NCBI GenBank assembly: GCA_050084985.1
Contig: JBITNC010000001.1
Span: forward strand, 112,592,001-112,656,000
Origin: Nageia nagi
Taxonomy: Eukaryota > Plantae > Pinophyta
Length of the DNA stretch: 64,000 bases
Reading direction: 5' to 3'
Part shown: positions 13,251 to 24,905 of the stretch, one piece after another
Layout of the letters: every line of letters starts with the position of its first letter
Position numbering within the stretch: the first letter of the stretch is position 1
Notes under the pieces: model-generated
What the model was told of the DNA's origin: nothing
Seen by the model: only the letters and a program-made list of their open reading frames with translations
The model's database searches: none
Translations under genes and position numbers: made by a program

Positions 13251-14120
13251 ATGACTCAACTAATTTACATAACATACTTTGACTACTTTACATATTAACT
13301 TCTATCGAATTTTCAGCGAAAGTGACACCATGACAAAAAATATTTTCACCAAGACAATGGCTATTAAGCTTGGCCTTTTGACATTTACTTTTACCATTTA
13401 CCAGTTAGTGACTGACTTTAACTGTTTACTTTTATCAGCTACCTTTTATTGTTACCGCCTTTTACCTAATGACACCTACTTATTGCTCTTATAATACACT
13501 TGTTCATTATAGTATACACCAACGATTTTACTATCATGTTTACAACATTCTGATTGTTTTGTCAATCCTTTGCACCATTTTAACTCCTTTGCATCCTTTG
13601 TTGCTCTTTGGTAGGCATCACCTGACAACATATTACTACATTTGTATTACTCTACCGTGTACTATATATACTAGAGATTCGATTAAGAAGCAAATTTGTC
13701 AAAATCTTTTACGACAGTTCTACAAATGGTTGTCACTTGGTTTGCAGACCCAACTGTACATATTAGATATGATCTTTACCTCTAGCTTATTTGCTCTCAA
13801 ATAGAAGTAGCCAACTTGCCAGCATATATCCTTTACAATTTTTTCCTAGCTGGTAGGGCCAATTTGCAAGAAGGGGGTCAAAGGGTTAAACATATTTATT
13901 TTGAAATATATGAATATTAATATCAAATAAAAAAGATTTTTTGTAATATATCTTTTGAGGACGACCATAACCTGGTTTCTCTTTGTTTCATTTATACCAT
14001 AATCCTGTGATTAGAAAGGAATTTGCAATGAAAAATTGAACTGATTTATTTACTACCAAAAAATCGCATTATCTAATTTCTTAGCCATTGATTTCTCATT
14101 TCATGTGTTGTGAATTGCAG

Positions 14121-14292
14121 GTTGTACCAAGAGTATTTTCTCCCATTCACCAATGGCTTTACATAGATGCTATAGAATGCCTACCACCATCAGCTCCTAG
14201 ATTTCAAGAATGGCCTACTACTGGTTCACGATATGATTCTAATATTAGCAATGTTTGGGAAGGACCTTCAAGAGAAGATTGGTCATGGACAG
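14121..14292 (+). pseudogene. E1 pseudo-exon (PxxQWLYxD...SRYD..I..FGxxxQxK segment) with +1 frameshift
   Basis: Acceptor ttgcag|, donor |gtaaaa. Length is 172 nt (171+1). Removing 1 nt near 14241-14247 gives RYDSNIAMFGKDLQEKIGHGQ. Confidence 0.9.
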
Positions 14293-15599
14293 GTAAAAGG
14301 TCTTTTTATTGATTATAATTGGACAATAGTATAATGATGAACATGTATTTTGGGTTTTCACAAATGTTAATGTAGCATATTACAAGCAACACTAACAAAA
14401 TTTTAAATTCTGATATTAGTGCTATTTAAAATCCTGACATGACATTAGACATATTTAGTCAAATTCAATTATCCGAGACCTCTGTTGAGAAATCCGGATC
14501 CCATGGATTTTCAAATCTCATTGTTTGACATTTGGAACCTTTTTATGTGAAAAATTGAAACCATTACCTGTTCACATTATCTGATTGGAGTTCAACATGG
14601 TAAAACTGTCTTACATAGAACAAGGATACGTAGTTACCAAATATGGAGATATACTACACTTTTAGAGGAAATTCTAAGCAATTTTTTCTAGCTTGATAAG
14701 AGAAGTTTTGATTGCAATATGAGTTTTAAGGCCCATTTAAGAGATTCTTTTGCATCTTTCGCAGCAAAGAGATGAGAAATTCATATCAAATCACTTTAAA
14801 TATGTTGGATTGGAAGGGAACCATATTTAAACGTTGTTATTAAATCTTTGGGGGCACATGAATTTTTTGAAACAAAATATCAACTTGATTATGTTGCTGT
14901 TATCCTAAGAAATTTGGTATATGTTGAAAATTTTATTGTGTATTTATATCTAAGTAACCTAGTTCATATTGATTTCAAGTTTGGGAAGGGAAAATCCAAA
15001 AAAGTTTGATGAAACTGAGTTTGAGAAGTTATTATATATATTGCATGTGTATGTACATATTATTAACCAATTTTTCTTGTAAAGGAAAAGGGGACAGCAA
15101 GGGGTCTATGATCCTTCTTTTTATACAAGGTGGTCCTCAAATCATAACATAAGTTTCTCTGGATGTGTGCAAAAGATTTATTATATTTTTCTCATCAACA
15201 ACTCTTGCTTAGATAAATATGCAATACCACAGATTTGCTCAAGTAGAATGATTATTTATTTTTCCAACCTAGCTGAATAATTCTTGCCAAATAGTTAAGC
15301 TTAGAAATTAAATTGATGATAGGGCTTATCAATTAGTTGATTACACTTAATTTTATCTTGCTTCAAGACTATGTTTGTTTCTTTCCCAAGACTTTATCAT
15401 ATGCTGTCGTACTTGCATAAGATTCTACCTACCTTCACAAACTTAACTGCTTAAATAGCTTATTATAATTTGTAAAAAAACATGGATTCTCAAATTTAAA
15501 AATAAATTACTATATCCAACTTGTAATTTATCACAATCACTTTCAAAACAAGTTGTATTGCATCCATAATAGCAAAGCAAGCTGCAAGCTTGCTTTTAC

Positions 15600-17090
15600 A
15601 TCTCATAAGGTACTTGCATTTCAACAAAACCCTAACTACCTTCATAACCACCTTCAAAGCCCTAACTACCTTCTAGAAATCCTAACTACCTTTAGAAAAA
15701 ATGCTAAGAATTTTGACTAACTCTGTGGAAAACATGACAAAAAATAAACTAAGTCCTTATTCCATATTACAAAAATGAAGTAATTTTTACATCAACTAAT
15801 TAACATTTTGCATTTCTTCAATCTTCTTTTGTAGATATCCATTCACAAATTGTAAGGCTTTATCTGTTCCAACCCTGAAGCTGTTAACTTCACACACCAT
15901 TACACTGTCTGCCCACTTTCTCAGATTCTTTCGTAACTCCTGTATTATTGCAAACCATGTTACAAAATCATCATAAGCTTTCACATAGGTGGATTCCTCG
16001 AGTAACTATGAATCTTCTACCGTAACCAATTTCTTCATTCTTTCTTTGATTTCCTGTTTAACTTCATCTTTTCCTCTCCAAGATCTATCCTCTCTTGGAT
16101 AATCAATGTTTACAATAGTGATGACTTCCTTTGCATCATGATAGGTCGCATGCACCTTTTTCTTGAAAACTGAACACTTTGAATAAGCAGTTGTTGCCCA
16201 ATCACAAAAGAAAATGAAATCATCACTATCTTCATTTAGTGAGTCATTTTCATCTATGATTGATCTTTTAATCCCTACCACTGTATGAATCTGTGGTGAC
16301 CAACTTTCAGACATAGAAGAAATATTAGCATAAACCTTTTCCATTTTGGAATGTGTTTTGGTGAGATGCAAGAAATCATCGTAAGCTCTAACAAAAGCTT
16401 TAGATGTTTTATGTATCAAAGAATCAATGTTCTTCAAAAAATTACTGCCTCTATAGATGTTTAGCTTCAATTCCTTTTTATCCTCAACTAATTCTTCTAA
16501 CTCTTTATTGATTTTTCTCATCTCCTTTAATTATTTGTTTAACTTTGCATTCTCCTCTTTGTACTCGAGCTATTTCTTTTAAATTTTCAGTACCTTTATC
16601 TACAATAAATGCATTTGCTTCAATTCCCAAAGTACCACCTTTCACCTTGAACGAGCTTACTTTGATTTGTCTTTAATCACTTGGTGTCTTAACATCGCTG
16701 GAGAGCTTACTAATTTGCATTTTCTTTTTTTTGTCAAAATCAACAATGCTTCCTATCTGGGAACTTTCACTCTTTGCTTAGAGGAATCAGGATCTTCTTC
16801 AACACTACTGCTGATTTCTTGAATGCTTTTCAAATAAGCATCAAAGTCAATATTCTTCAACAAATTAGAAGAGGTCAATTGTTGGATAGAAGAAGAATCT
16901 TCAACTTCAACTACCTATTTATCTCTTTATTGGTTCATCATATTCATCTTGTCTTCTCCTTTCCTTTCTCTCTTCATCTTCATCTTTATCGCCTTCATTA
17001 TCACCTCCATTATCACCTCCATTTCTTGATTGTGTCTCTTCATCTTCATCATCACCTTCATCACTATACCTGGAGGGCTGATGCTTGGAA
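15600..17090 (-). mobile_element. Intronic retroelement-derived fragment encoding a broken acidic/coiled-coil extra-ORF-like protein
   Basis: Consecutive in-frame minus ORFs 16521..16006 and 15984..15796 are separated by one stop, have heptad-like K/E/L content, and are preceded by a D/E-rich stretch (~16900-17070). Three cctaactacctt repeats lie at 15631-15692. The TE assignment is inference. Confidence 0.45.
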
Positions 17091-18030
17091 GTAATGCATT
17101 TTATATTTAATAATCATTTCCAGGCTAATCACTATGTCCTTTTAGCTTCCATTTGCTTAGGCTTCTTGGGAAGAATCTCCCTAGAGTATTCTTTAGGATG
17201 AGCAAGTGACATATTGATGGCCAATTGCAAAAGAATAAATACTGCTTTTTGTTTTTGAGCTTACTCATTTCTAATTAGAAAATGGAACATGAGAAGGTGC
17301 TTCCACTATGGTAGGTGCGGATAGAAGACCAATTATCCATGGACGATACAGATAATATTAACATGATACAATGTTCAAGTTTTTTACTTCCGGAAAGGGT
17401 TGGATTGTACGAGGTCTTTTACTTAAATAAAACCACAAAAGGAATGCTTTTTAAAGATTTTTATCTTAGCTCTATTGCTGCTTCAAATTGCTAATATTAT
17501 GTTCTAAGAGCATAATTTGATTCATGTTAATTCCCTATCATATATAACTATGTTTTTGTTGCATAGAATAAAAATATGGCTTTTTGAAAATACAGCCCAG
17601 GGTCAAATACAAAGAAAACGGTAAAAACGGCAGAAAAATATGGAAGAACGGGAAAAGACATCAAAAATATAATAGAATGTAAGTATTTTATAAATACGGT
17701 TAAATTCGGCACACCTAAAAATATCCGTTTAAATAGAAAATACGTATTTAAACAGAGATTTTTTATTTTATGTTTTGTTGTTCCAGTTTTAGAAGCAGGA
17801 TCTGATATCTTTGTTGAGATGTCTGTTTTAACATGTATTTTTTCACCTATGTTAAATCATAGTTGTCTCTGCTGGTTTGAGAAATTCTGATTTATTTCCT
17901 TCTGTACCTTATTCTAAATAAACTCCCCCAAAAAATATTCAACAAGCTGTTTATAGGGTTCTGACGTTTGCTTACACATTTATAACTTGGAATATTAATT
18001 TTTGAATGTTCTTTTCTTATGCCATTCTAG

Positions 18031-18233
18031 TGGCTAGTTGTTGGTGCAGGTGGCATTGGATGTGAAGTTATGAAAAACCTGGTACTAATGGGAATTGGCT
18101 CCAGCCCAAATGGAAGCATAACAGTTTCTGAGAATGTTATCAATTACAACAACAGCATCAAGGACTTTGTGTAAAATCAATCCTGCAGCCCAAAGTTCGT
18201 ACTTTGACTCGACCTTTTTTAATTCAATTAATG
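18031..18233 (+). pseudogene. E1 pseudo-exon with ATP-binding GxGxxGCE loop; internal deletions and frameshift
   Basis: ttctag|TGG gives WLVVGAGGIGCEVMKNLVLMGIGSSPNGSITVS. A second frame then gives TTTASRTLCKINPAAQSSYFDSTFFNSIN. Donor g|gtaaga. The DxDxIExSNLNRQFL motif is missing. Confidence 0.9.
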
Positions 18234-18835
18234 GTAAGACTCTAAGAATGCTTAACATGTTATCACTTATCAGTCTTTATTTATCTTTTATTGCTATTAT
18301 GATTTGGAGTTACAATTGAACTTGTGATATTTACTTATTTTACATTATTGTTTAATGTGAATATTTAGGGTGCATATATGAATTGAGCTGTTCAACATTC
18401 GCTCTCAGTATCTGTGTTGCATTTGTCAGAGGATGTGTATCATAAGATTTCAAAAACTTGCCTGAAATTTTTTGCTCCACTGTTCACGTTTACTACAAGG
18501 GGTTACGTGTGTATAAGTTTTTATTTGTATGCATGCACACATGCATTTGCATATATGCACAGTCAAACTTGCTTTCCTGTACTTGGTTATTATCTCCACA
18601 CTACATACTCATTTCCATGTCCTTTTTTTTAATTATTGTAGGTCTTTCTTCTACACATCCCCAATTGCAAATATGTTTATGCATTTAATAATGTGTATTT
18701 CAGAAGCCTTGTCCTTGGATTTTAGGGGAGCTTCCTCTCTTCTTCTTCAATGGTTGATAACTCCACAACGGTTGATAACATCATATATCTATAAAGCTGA
18801 TGGGAATTCTGGGTTCTTAACTTGCCTTTTTGTAA

Positions 18836-19833
18836 TGTAATGTCCCCATTTTGACATCCGTTTCATTTAATGCACATTAATATTTGATCTAGATAAGGTG
18901 GAGTGAGATGTCCCTCTTCTTGGAGTAAATAGGTGTATTTTAGTTTACTTAGGTGTGTTTTAAAATAATAATAAGGTGTTATTAAATGTCCTCAACATTT
19001 GTAAATGTTTCCAGCATAACAAATCAGTTCTCAAGGAGGAATTACAACACCTTAAAAGGGATGCCCAACTATATAAAGGAGGTATGCCCCATTTTGATGG
19101 CAAATTTTGGATATTGCATTTGAACTTCATTTGGAGAGAGCAGCTGGATCAACACGTTTAACATCTTCTATGGAAGAAACCCTATAGAAGCAAGATCTAG
19201 AGGACCGAAAACCCTCTTGGGTCTGAGAGCTTAAGCACAAAAATCCTTGAGTTCTCCATTGGTAGATGGACCATCTAGGGTTCACTTTCGAGCTTACTAG
19301 TATTTTCTGCATTCAGATCTGAGGGTTTTGAGGCCCAATATCAAACTTTCAAGTTTGGAAGGTGTGATTTCAATTCTTTGGCATCTCAGCCTTGCCTAGA
19401 CTCAAACAACCAACACTAGAGAGGGTTTGTGATCAGTTTTTGTGGATCAGATAGCAACATTCTGCTTCCAGGAGCCAGACCTCCATACTTGAGGGTTTGG
19501 GAGTGCATTTTGTGCACCCAAAACCAGGAATTGAACTTCCCTAGTGGGACGTCCAGCCTCTAGTGCTTGTTTTGAGGAAATTCTGTGATAATTTAGGTGA
19601 ATAGTTTCTGATTAGCCCTGACCTGATTTGTACTGAAATTTTTGAATCAATAAAACTGGTGTTGAGGTTGATCTGCAATTTTCTGCATTTATATTGGCAT
19701 AAATACCTAGGGTTTGTTTAGATCTGCAATTTCTTTTAAGTATTTATTCAGATATGAAATTCTAAGGCACAAATTGAGTAGATCTGATTATTTCTGGTAT
19801 TAATTCTGGCTTTTCCTAGTTGGGTTTATTACA
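18836..19833 (+). mobile_element. Solo LTR (~1 kb) in E1 intron
   Basis: Termini TGTAATGTCCCC...GGGTTTATTACA (TGTAAT/ATTACA inverted ends). TATA ctatataaagg at ~19069. AATAAA at ~19649. No PBS or coding sequence adjacent. No clean 5-bp TSD. Confidence 0.8.
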
Positions 19834-20371
19834 AATGTGTATTTCAGAAGTCTTGTCCTTAGACTTTAGGGGAGCTTGCTGCTCTCTTCAACATGCATAT
19901 TATGTTTCCAAGGAAAACTCAATCGATTCCTATGAAGCATAGATTGATCTATGCTAATAATTAATTTTGATATTCTCATTCATACTTAATGAATAATTTT
20001 GTTGATTGATGTCTAATTTGAAATTTCAGTTCCAAGTTTTGTACACATTATTGAATTGATAAATATTAAATAATAATGAATTTGAAACATTGAAATATCA
20101 AAAATCTAAAAATTATGGGAATTGTTTGTATTATTATACTTGTCATTCCTTTGTTGTTCCCCAAAAATGGCCCTTCTCGTATGTTTCCCCATTTCCTCAT
20201 GTCTCGGCCTTGTAGAACCTTGGTATTTTTCCACCATCCATCCTGTGGGTGTTTATAGATGGATATTATCTTAGTGGCTAAACAAATTTATTATCAATAA
20301 GCAGTTGTAGTCTTATAAAGTTAACATTAGGGAAATGGTTTTATCAATATAACACTGTTACATATATGTTG

Positions 20372-23141
20372 TGTTGTGACTAAACATAACACGCCCAAAA
20401 ATTCTACGATTTTGGGGACCTTCACTAACTCGTCTACACATAGGGTCATGTTTTTGTCTCCTCCAATTCAAATGGTTTCGTAAGAGCTTGGATATTATGT
20501 CAAGTTGTCCCAAGCCTAAGTTTAATCAATCGCCTGGTCTTAGTCATGTTGAGCCAAAATTCGAAATTTCCAAAAATGGCTAAGATTGGAAAACCAAAAG
20601 TCAGTCTTAGATGAACCAAAGGAGTCCAGGGCAAGTCGGGACAAAGTTAGTTGAATTAGGACACTTCAAGGCTGTCTCATGATTTCAAAAGACACAATCA
20701 TGATTTTTTGAATCATGCGATTGGGTCAGAGAGTCGTCCATACTAAAGTTAATTCCCAAAAAAACAATTTGGGTCACTTTGAGGCTGTCGCATGATTTCA
20801 AAAGACACAATCATGACTTTTTGAATCATGCGACCAGGTCAGGGAGCAATCTGGATCGGAACGAAGCAGAGAAAAGATAAGAACAAGGCACAACAAGGCT
20901 GTCGCATGATTTCAAAAGACACAATCATGACTTTTTGAATCATGTGACCGGGTCAGGGAGCACTCTGGACTAGAGTTAAGCGTGAAAAAGACAAGAACAA
21001 GGCACAACAAGGTTGTTGCATGATTTTAAAAGACACAATCATGACTTTTTGAATCATGAGACTGAGCCAGGGAGCACTTTGGACTGGAGTTAAGCTTGAA
21101 AAAGACAAGGCAAGGACACTTCAAGGTGGTTGCATGATTTCAAAAGACATAATCATGACTTTTTGAATCATGCGACCAAGATGGGAGGAGCAATTTGGCA
21201 AGTTCAAGGATCAGGAAGTGAACCCTAGGCATCCAGGAGGCTAGCGCATGGCTCAAAAAGACAAAGTCGTCTTTTTTAAATCATGCACCTAGCTTAGAAA
21301 GGCTTCCAACTTGTTGAAACAGGAAAAATTGGTCAAGGCATGAAGTCCAGAACTCCAAGACCAACTCCAACACACCTAGGAGGGCTAGTGCATGATTTCA
21401 AAAGACAAGTTTTTCACTTTTTGAACCATGCACCAAACCCAGGAATCCTCTAGGAGCGAAGAAACATGAAAAATTTGGCTAAGGCATGGAGACATGAACA
21501 TGCAAGATGCAAAATTGGACATCTGGAGGTTGGCGCATGATTTCAAAAGACACAATCATGACTTTTGAATCATGCAACCAAGCCAAAAAGGTAGGAGAGG
21601 TTGGCGCATGCCTAAAAAAGACAATTATGACTTTTTGAATCATGCGACCAAGTCGCAAAGGTAGGAAAGGTTGACGCATGTCTCAAAAAGACACATTCAT
21701 GACTTTTTGAGCCATGCACCAAGCTTGGGGAGTGTCCAGGTTGAGCTTAAAGGTTAAATTTGACAAGCCCGTGCACTAGAAAGAGCAAAAAAAAAGCCAA
21801 GTTCAAGTCTTAGGACAAGCTTCAAAGTTCAGACGAACGAGCAAGAGAGCCAAGAACATCTACGCACAGAGAGCATGAACCCCTAGGGTTGGTGCATGCT
21901 CCAAAAAGACAAGATCTTGTCTTTTCTAGGCATGTGCCAAGCCTGAAGGTGCTTTGGAACACCACGTTTGGTCCTAGCCTGTTGGGATTGAAATTTAATG
22001 CAGGCACACATCTCAAGCATGGATGGCCAGGATGGAACTTTTCTTATGCTACGAAATTTCTGGATGAGGAATTCGAGGAATGTTTTGTGGGCTTGGACCC
22101 ATTGGCATCTTAGTCACAATTTTCAATCTTATTTTTATTTCCAAAAAATTGACACATTTTTACCAAAATACTTTATTATATTATTATTTAATTTCCAAAC
22201 TTGTGAAGGATGAGGATTTGCTCCCACAAGTTTGGATGAAATCTTGTAATGCCATGTCGCACTCTATGATTGGACCATTTGTATTTTCTCGTATTTTGGA
22301 ATTAAGGTTAGGGCAACATCTAGGGTTGCCAAGAAAACTATTTATGGCCCATTTGGGTTTATTTGTGAAGGATTAGACACTTTGCATTTGTGAGAAACTT
22401 AATACTATTGCCAATTAAGCTAGTTTTCTCCATTTGCGAAAGTGGTGTGATTTCAAGTAATTGAATGGTGAATGATTTCATTTGATGGGACTATGAATGT
22501 TATTTGTAACCTTTGAATGGATGAATGCTATTACTATCTTGTCTTATCTAAGTGGCTTGGATCATCTTGTAAACCTTACTGAGGTGGATGAGAGAGTAGT
22601 TGAATATCTCCTGAAGTGATTTAAGTAAAACTTGATTTGTGATAAGTTCATAGTTTGCATAATTAGACATGTGCATTTTGTGATGGCTATCTCTTATGAC
22701 GCTTAGTTTAGGAACTTCAATCCACAGTCGAAGATCTACCCATGACCTACCTTCTTTCACCCTTGCCATTGCTTTAGGCTCCTTTTACTAGTCCATTTGT
22801 GTTGTTGGCTAGTAGAGTGAATGCAGATTGCGTGGAATCTAAATCAAGCCCAAGAGAAGTAGATCCCAATCCTATGTACATGTTGATGAAACCATCTACA
22901 CTTGTGCCCGATTCATACACCATGGTCTGTGCACGGCTTTTGTAACCTAATTTTCTGATTTGTTTCAAAAACAACAACTTTCAAGAGATAGGGACCCTTC
23001 GAGTCCTTGGTTAACAAATTATATTTGAGTTGGGAATGGCTTCAAACATCTCAACCAGTCACCTGAGCAACCTTTTGCACACCCATCATGAAACTTTTGA
23101 GGTACCTAGTTCTCATAGTGGGTAGCGGTCACGCCCTATCA
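20372..23141 (+). mobile_element. Large LTR-like insertion (~2.8 kb, probable solo LTR) in E1 intron, containing a hairpin repeat array
   Basis: Begins TGTTGTGAC and is GC-richer than its flanks. It is non-coding, with internal sub-repeats followed by U5-like T-rich sequence. Candidate end ...CTATCA; boundaries approximate and no TSD seen. Confidence 0.55.
20670..21942. repeat. Array of 11 palindromic repeats (consensus GTCGCATGATTTCAAAAGACACAATCATGACTTTTTGAATCATGCGAC) with variable spacers
   Basis: The leading CATG of each copy is at 20678, 20791, 20905, 21019, 21133, 21247, 21391, 21536, 21607, 21677 and 21895. Periods are 113, 114, 114, 114, 114, 144, 145, 71, 70 and 218. Confidence 0.92.
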
Positions 23142-23264
23142 CTTAGGTGTTGGTGTCTTTCTACAAGCATTGCAAGTTCATTTGCCTATTAGCAAGGTAG
23201 GAAAGAAAAAGCCTCCATGTTGATTGGCCATTAGAAGTTGCTGAACAGAGCTGGGAAAATGCAG

Positions 23265-23312
23265 GTGTGTTTTCTGCTGGAGGGAAGCATAGCACCAAAG
23301 GGCAGCGTACAG
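23265..23312 (+). pseudogene. Short internally deleted E1 pseudo-exon (GVFSA...GGKHSTKGSVQ)
   Basis: Acceptor atgcag|, phase 1 matching the previous exon. It corresponds to GVxxA[LDN..AR...PLLE]SGTLGTKGNVQ with the middle deleted and one extra nt. The donor appears to be GC (cag|gcaatt). Confidence 0.7.
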
Positions 23313-23614
23313 GCAATTACATCTATCTTTCTCATTGGATCAATGGAAAGTATATTCATATATGTGAGGAAATTTTGAATATGAATGTTAAGAGGAATGT
23401 GTGTGTTTGTGTGCATAGGCATTATAGAAATTGTTACTGTTAATAGGATTATTAACTCTTTAGCCTTAGAGCATACATGTATATATGGGTAACCTCTTTG
23501 TACTGTACTCTAGACATTTTGATCAAGAAGTATTTCTGTCAGAAGATTATGTTTTAAAGTAAGGGAATCTGTTTATGCATTGTATAGCCTAATGGGGAGC
23601 TTAAAGTTTTGCAG

Positions 23615-23898
23615 GTATTTCTTCCATACTGCTCGGAAATGTGTGCTTCAACAAGAGATCCACCGGAACACAAGGAGGTCCCTATATGCACGCTAAAGAA
23701 CTTTCCTTATGCAACAGAACATACTGTACGGTGGGCTGTTGAATTATTTTAGACCCTTTTCAAGCAGAGGTCGGATGATGTTAATTCTTACCTTTCCAAT
23801 CGAGATTTCCAGGAATCATTAAAAAAAGCAAAATCGCCTGCAAGGCACCATATCCTTGGAATGTTAAGGGACGCTCTTGTCAAATACAAACCATTAAG
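23615..23898 (+). pseudogene. E1 pseudo-exon with catalytic cysteine (TGC 23687-23689) and in-frame stop (TAG 23750-23752)
   Basis: ttttgcag|GTA gives [47 protein letters not shown]...LRDALVKYKPL. Donor ag|gtttgg. Confidence 0.93.
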
Positions 23899-24795
23899 GT
23901 TTGGCTTTTTGCATGACCTTATCAACGTGAGTTATCTTTGGTTATTTTAATTTGATTACTATTATTACTGTTCTTTATGTCAAATATTTTTGGAACATTG
24001 AGAAAATTATTGAAAAAGTATGATTTAATATCCTGTGGTCAATAAATTCTTTTTACTTACCTTTCATTATATATAATTGATTTCATTGTTGTTTACTGAA
24101 TCTACGGTTAAAAAAGTGGGAACTATTAATTCAAATTTCTGCATTTATTTTTGGAACAATAATATTAGAATCCGTTATGATGGCACATACCTGACCTATT
24201 TCTTTACAGTCTAAAAAAATATACTGTGCTGCACATTTTTGTTTGTTTTATAGATCACTCAATCTACTGTTAGATAATATTGAACGGACTGATTATAATA
24301 TTATTGTATCCATGAAGTGTAAATATCAAATGAAAAAGAATTCCCATGCATAATGGATTTAACCACTTAATTCATTCATGTTAGTATAGTGTGTATAACC
24401 ACTTTATTGACTCATCAATAAGGTTGTCATTAACACAACATTAGTAAATACTGATGTTACTGACCTAACTTGCTACAGCACTATCTGAATATAAATTCAA
24501 AAATTCAACGAATTTTGGACGAGATGGTGAGAATGATCGACGACCCCAACGCTGAATCTCATACGGTGCTGGGGAGAAACAAACGACCTTAGATGTTTAC
24601 CCATCTTCAACGACACTTACAGGGTAAATTAAATCCTCCTCTAATACCATAGATTTCTATTTTATTAGAGCGATAGTTACATTGTAACGTCCGTGCAGAG
24701 CTTGAAATGTAGACAATGAAGAGCAAGAGTCTGGCCAAGCAACTTCAATCGCACAATGTGTTTGACGTCGACTTCAAAGTAAGAAGTATTTCACC

Positions 24796-24905
24796 TTCGC
24801 TATTTATCTCTGAATTAATCTACCTGGATTTCAATTTCAAGAGGAAACTCTTCGCTATTTATCTCTGAATTTATCTACCTGGATTTCAATTTCAAGAGGA
24901 AACTC
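24796..24905. repeat. 55-bp tandem duplication (2 near-identical copies)
   Basis: ttcgctatttatctctgaatt(a/t)atctacctggatttcaatttcaagaggaaactc at 24796-24850 and 24851-24905, with one mismatch. Confidence 0.95.

Larger units (their letters stand above)
14121..23898 (+). pseudogene. UBA1: Ubiquitin-activating enzyme E1 (UBA1-like, divergent paralogue) pseudogene, 4 recognisable exons covering the active adenylation and catalytic-cysteine domains
   Basis: Spliced conceptual translation: VVPRVFSPIHQWLYIDAIECLP...SRYDSNI/AMFGKDLQEKIGHGQ | WLVVGAGGIGCEVMKNLVLMGIG...INPAAQ...FDSTFFNSIN | GVFSA..GGKHSTKG/SVQ | [50 protein letters not shown]...VNSYL. This is colinear with E1 motifs, and splice phases (0,1,0) are consistent. 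Confidence 0.92.

Noticed and set aside
14088-14312. Stand-alone 74-aa gene
   Set aside because: It is the E1 pseudo-exon read through its splice sites and frameshift.
16774-17094. His-rich 106-aa ORF
   Set aside because: Antisense reading of a GAT/GAA-rich acidic stretch on the minus strand.
20670-21942. CRISPR array
   Set aside because: Eukaryotic intron/LTR context with no cas genes. The first spacers are homologous to each other, spacer lengths are very uneven, and the repeats are degenerate.
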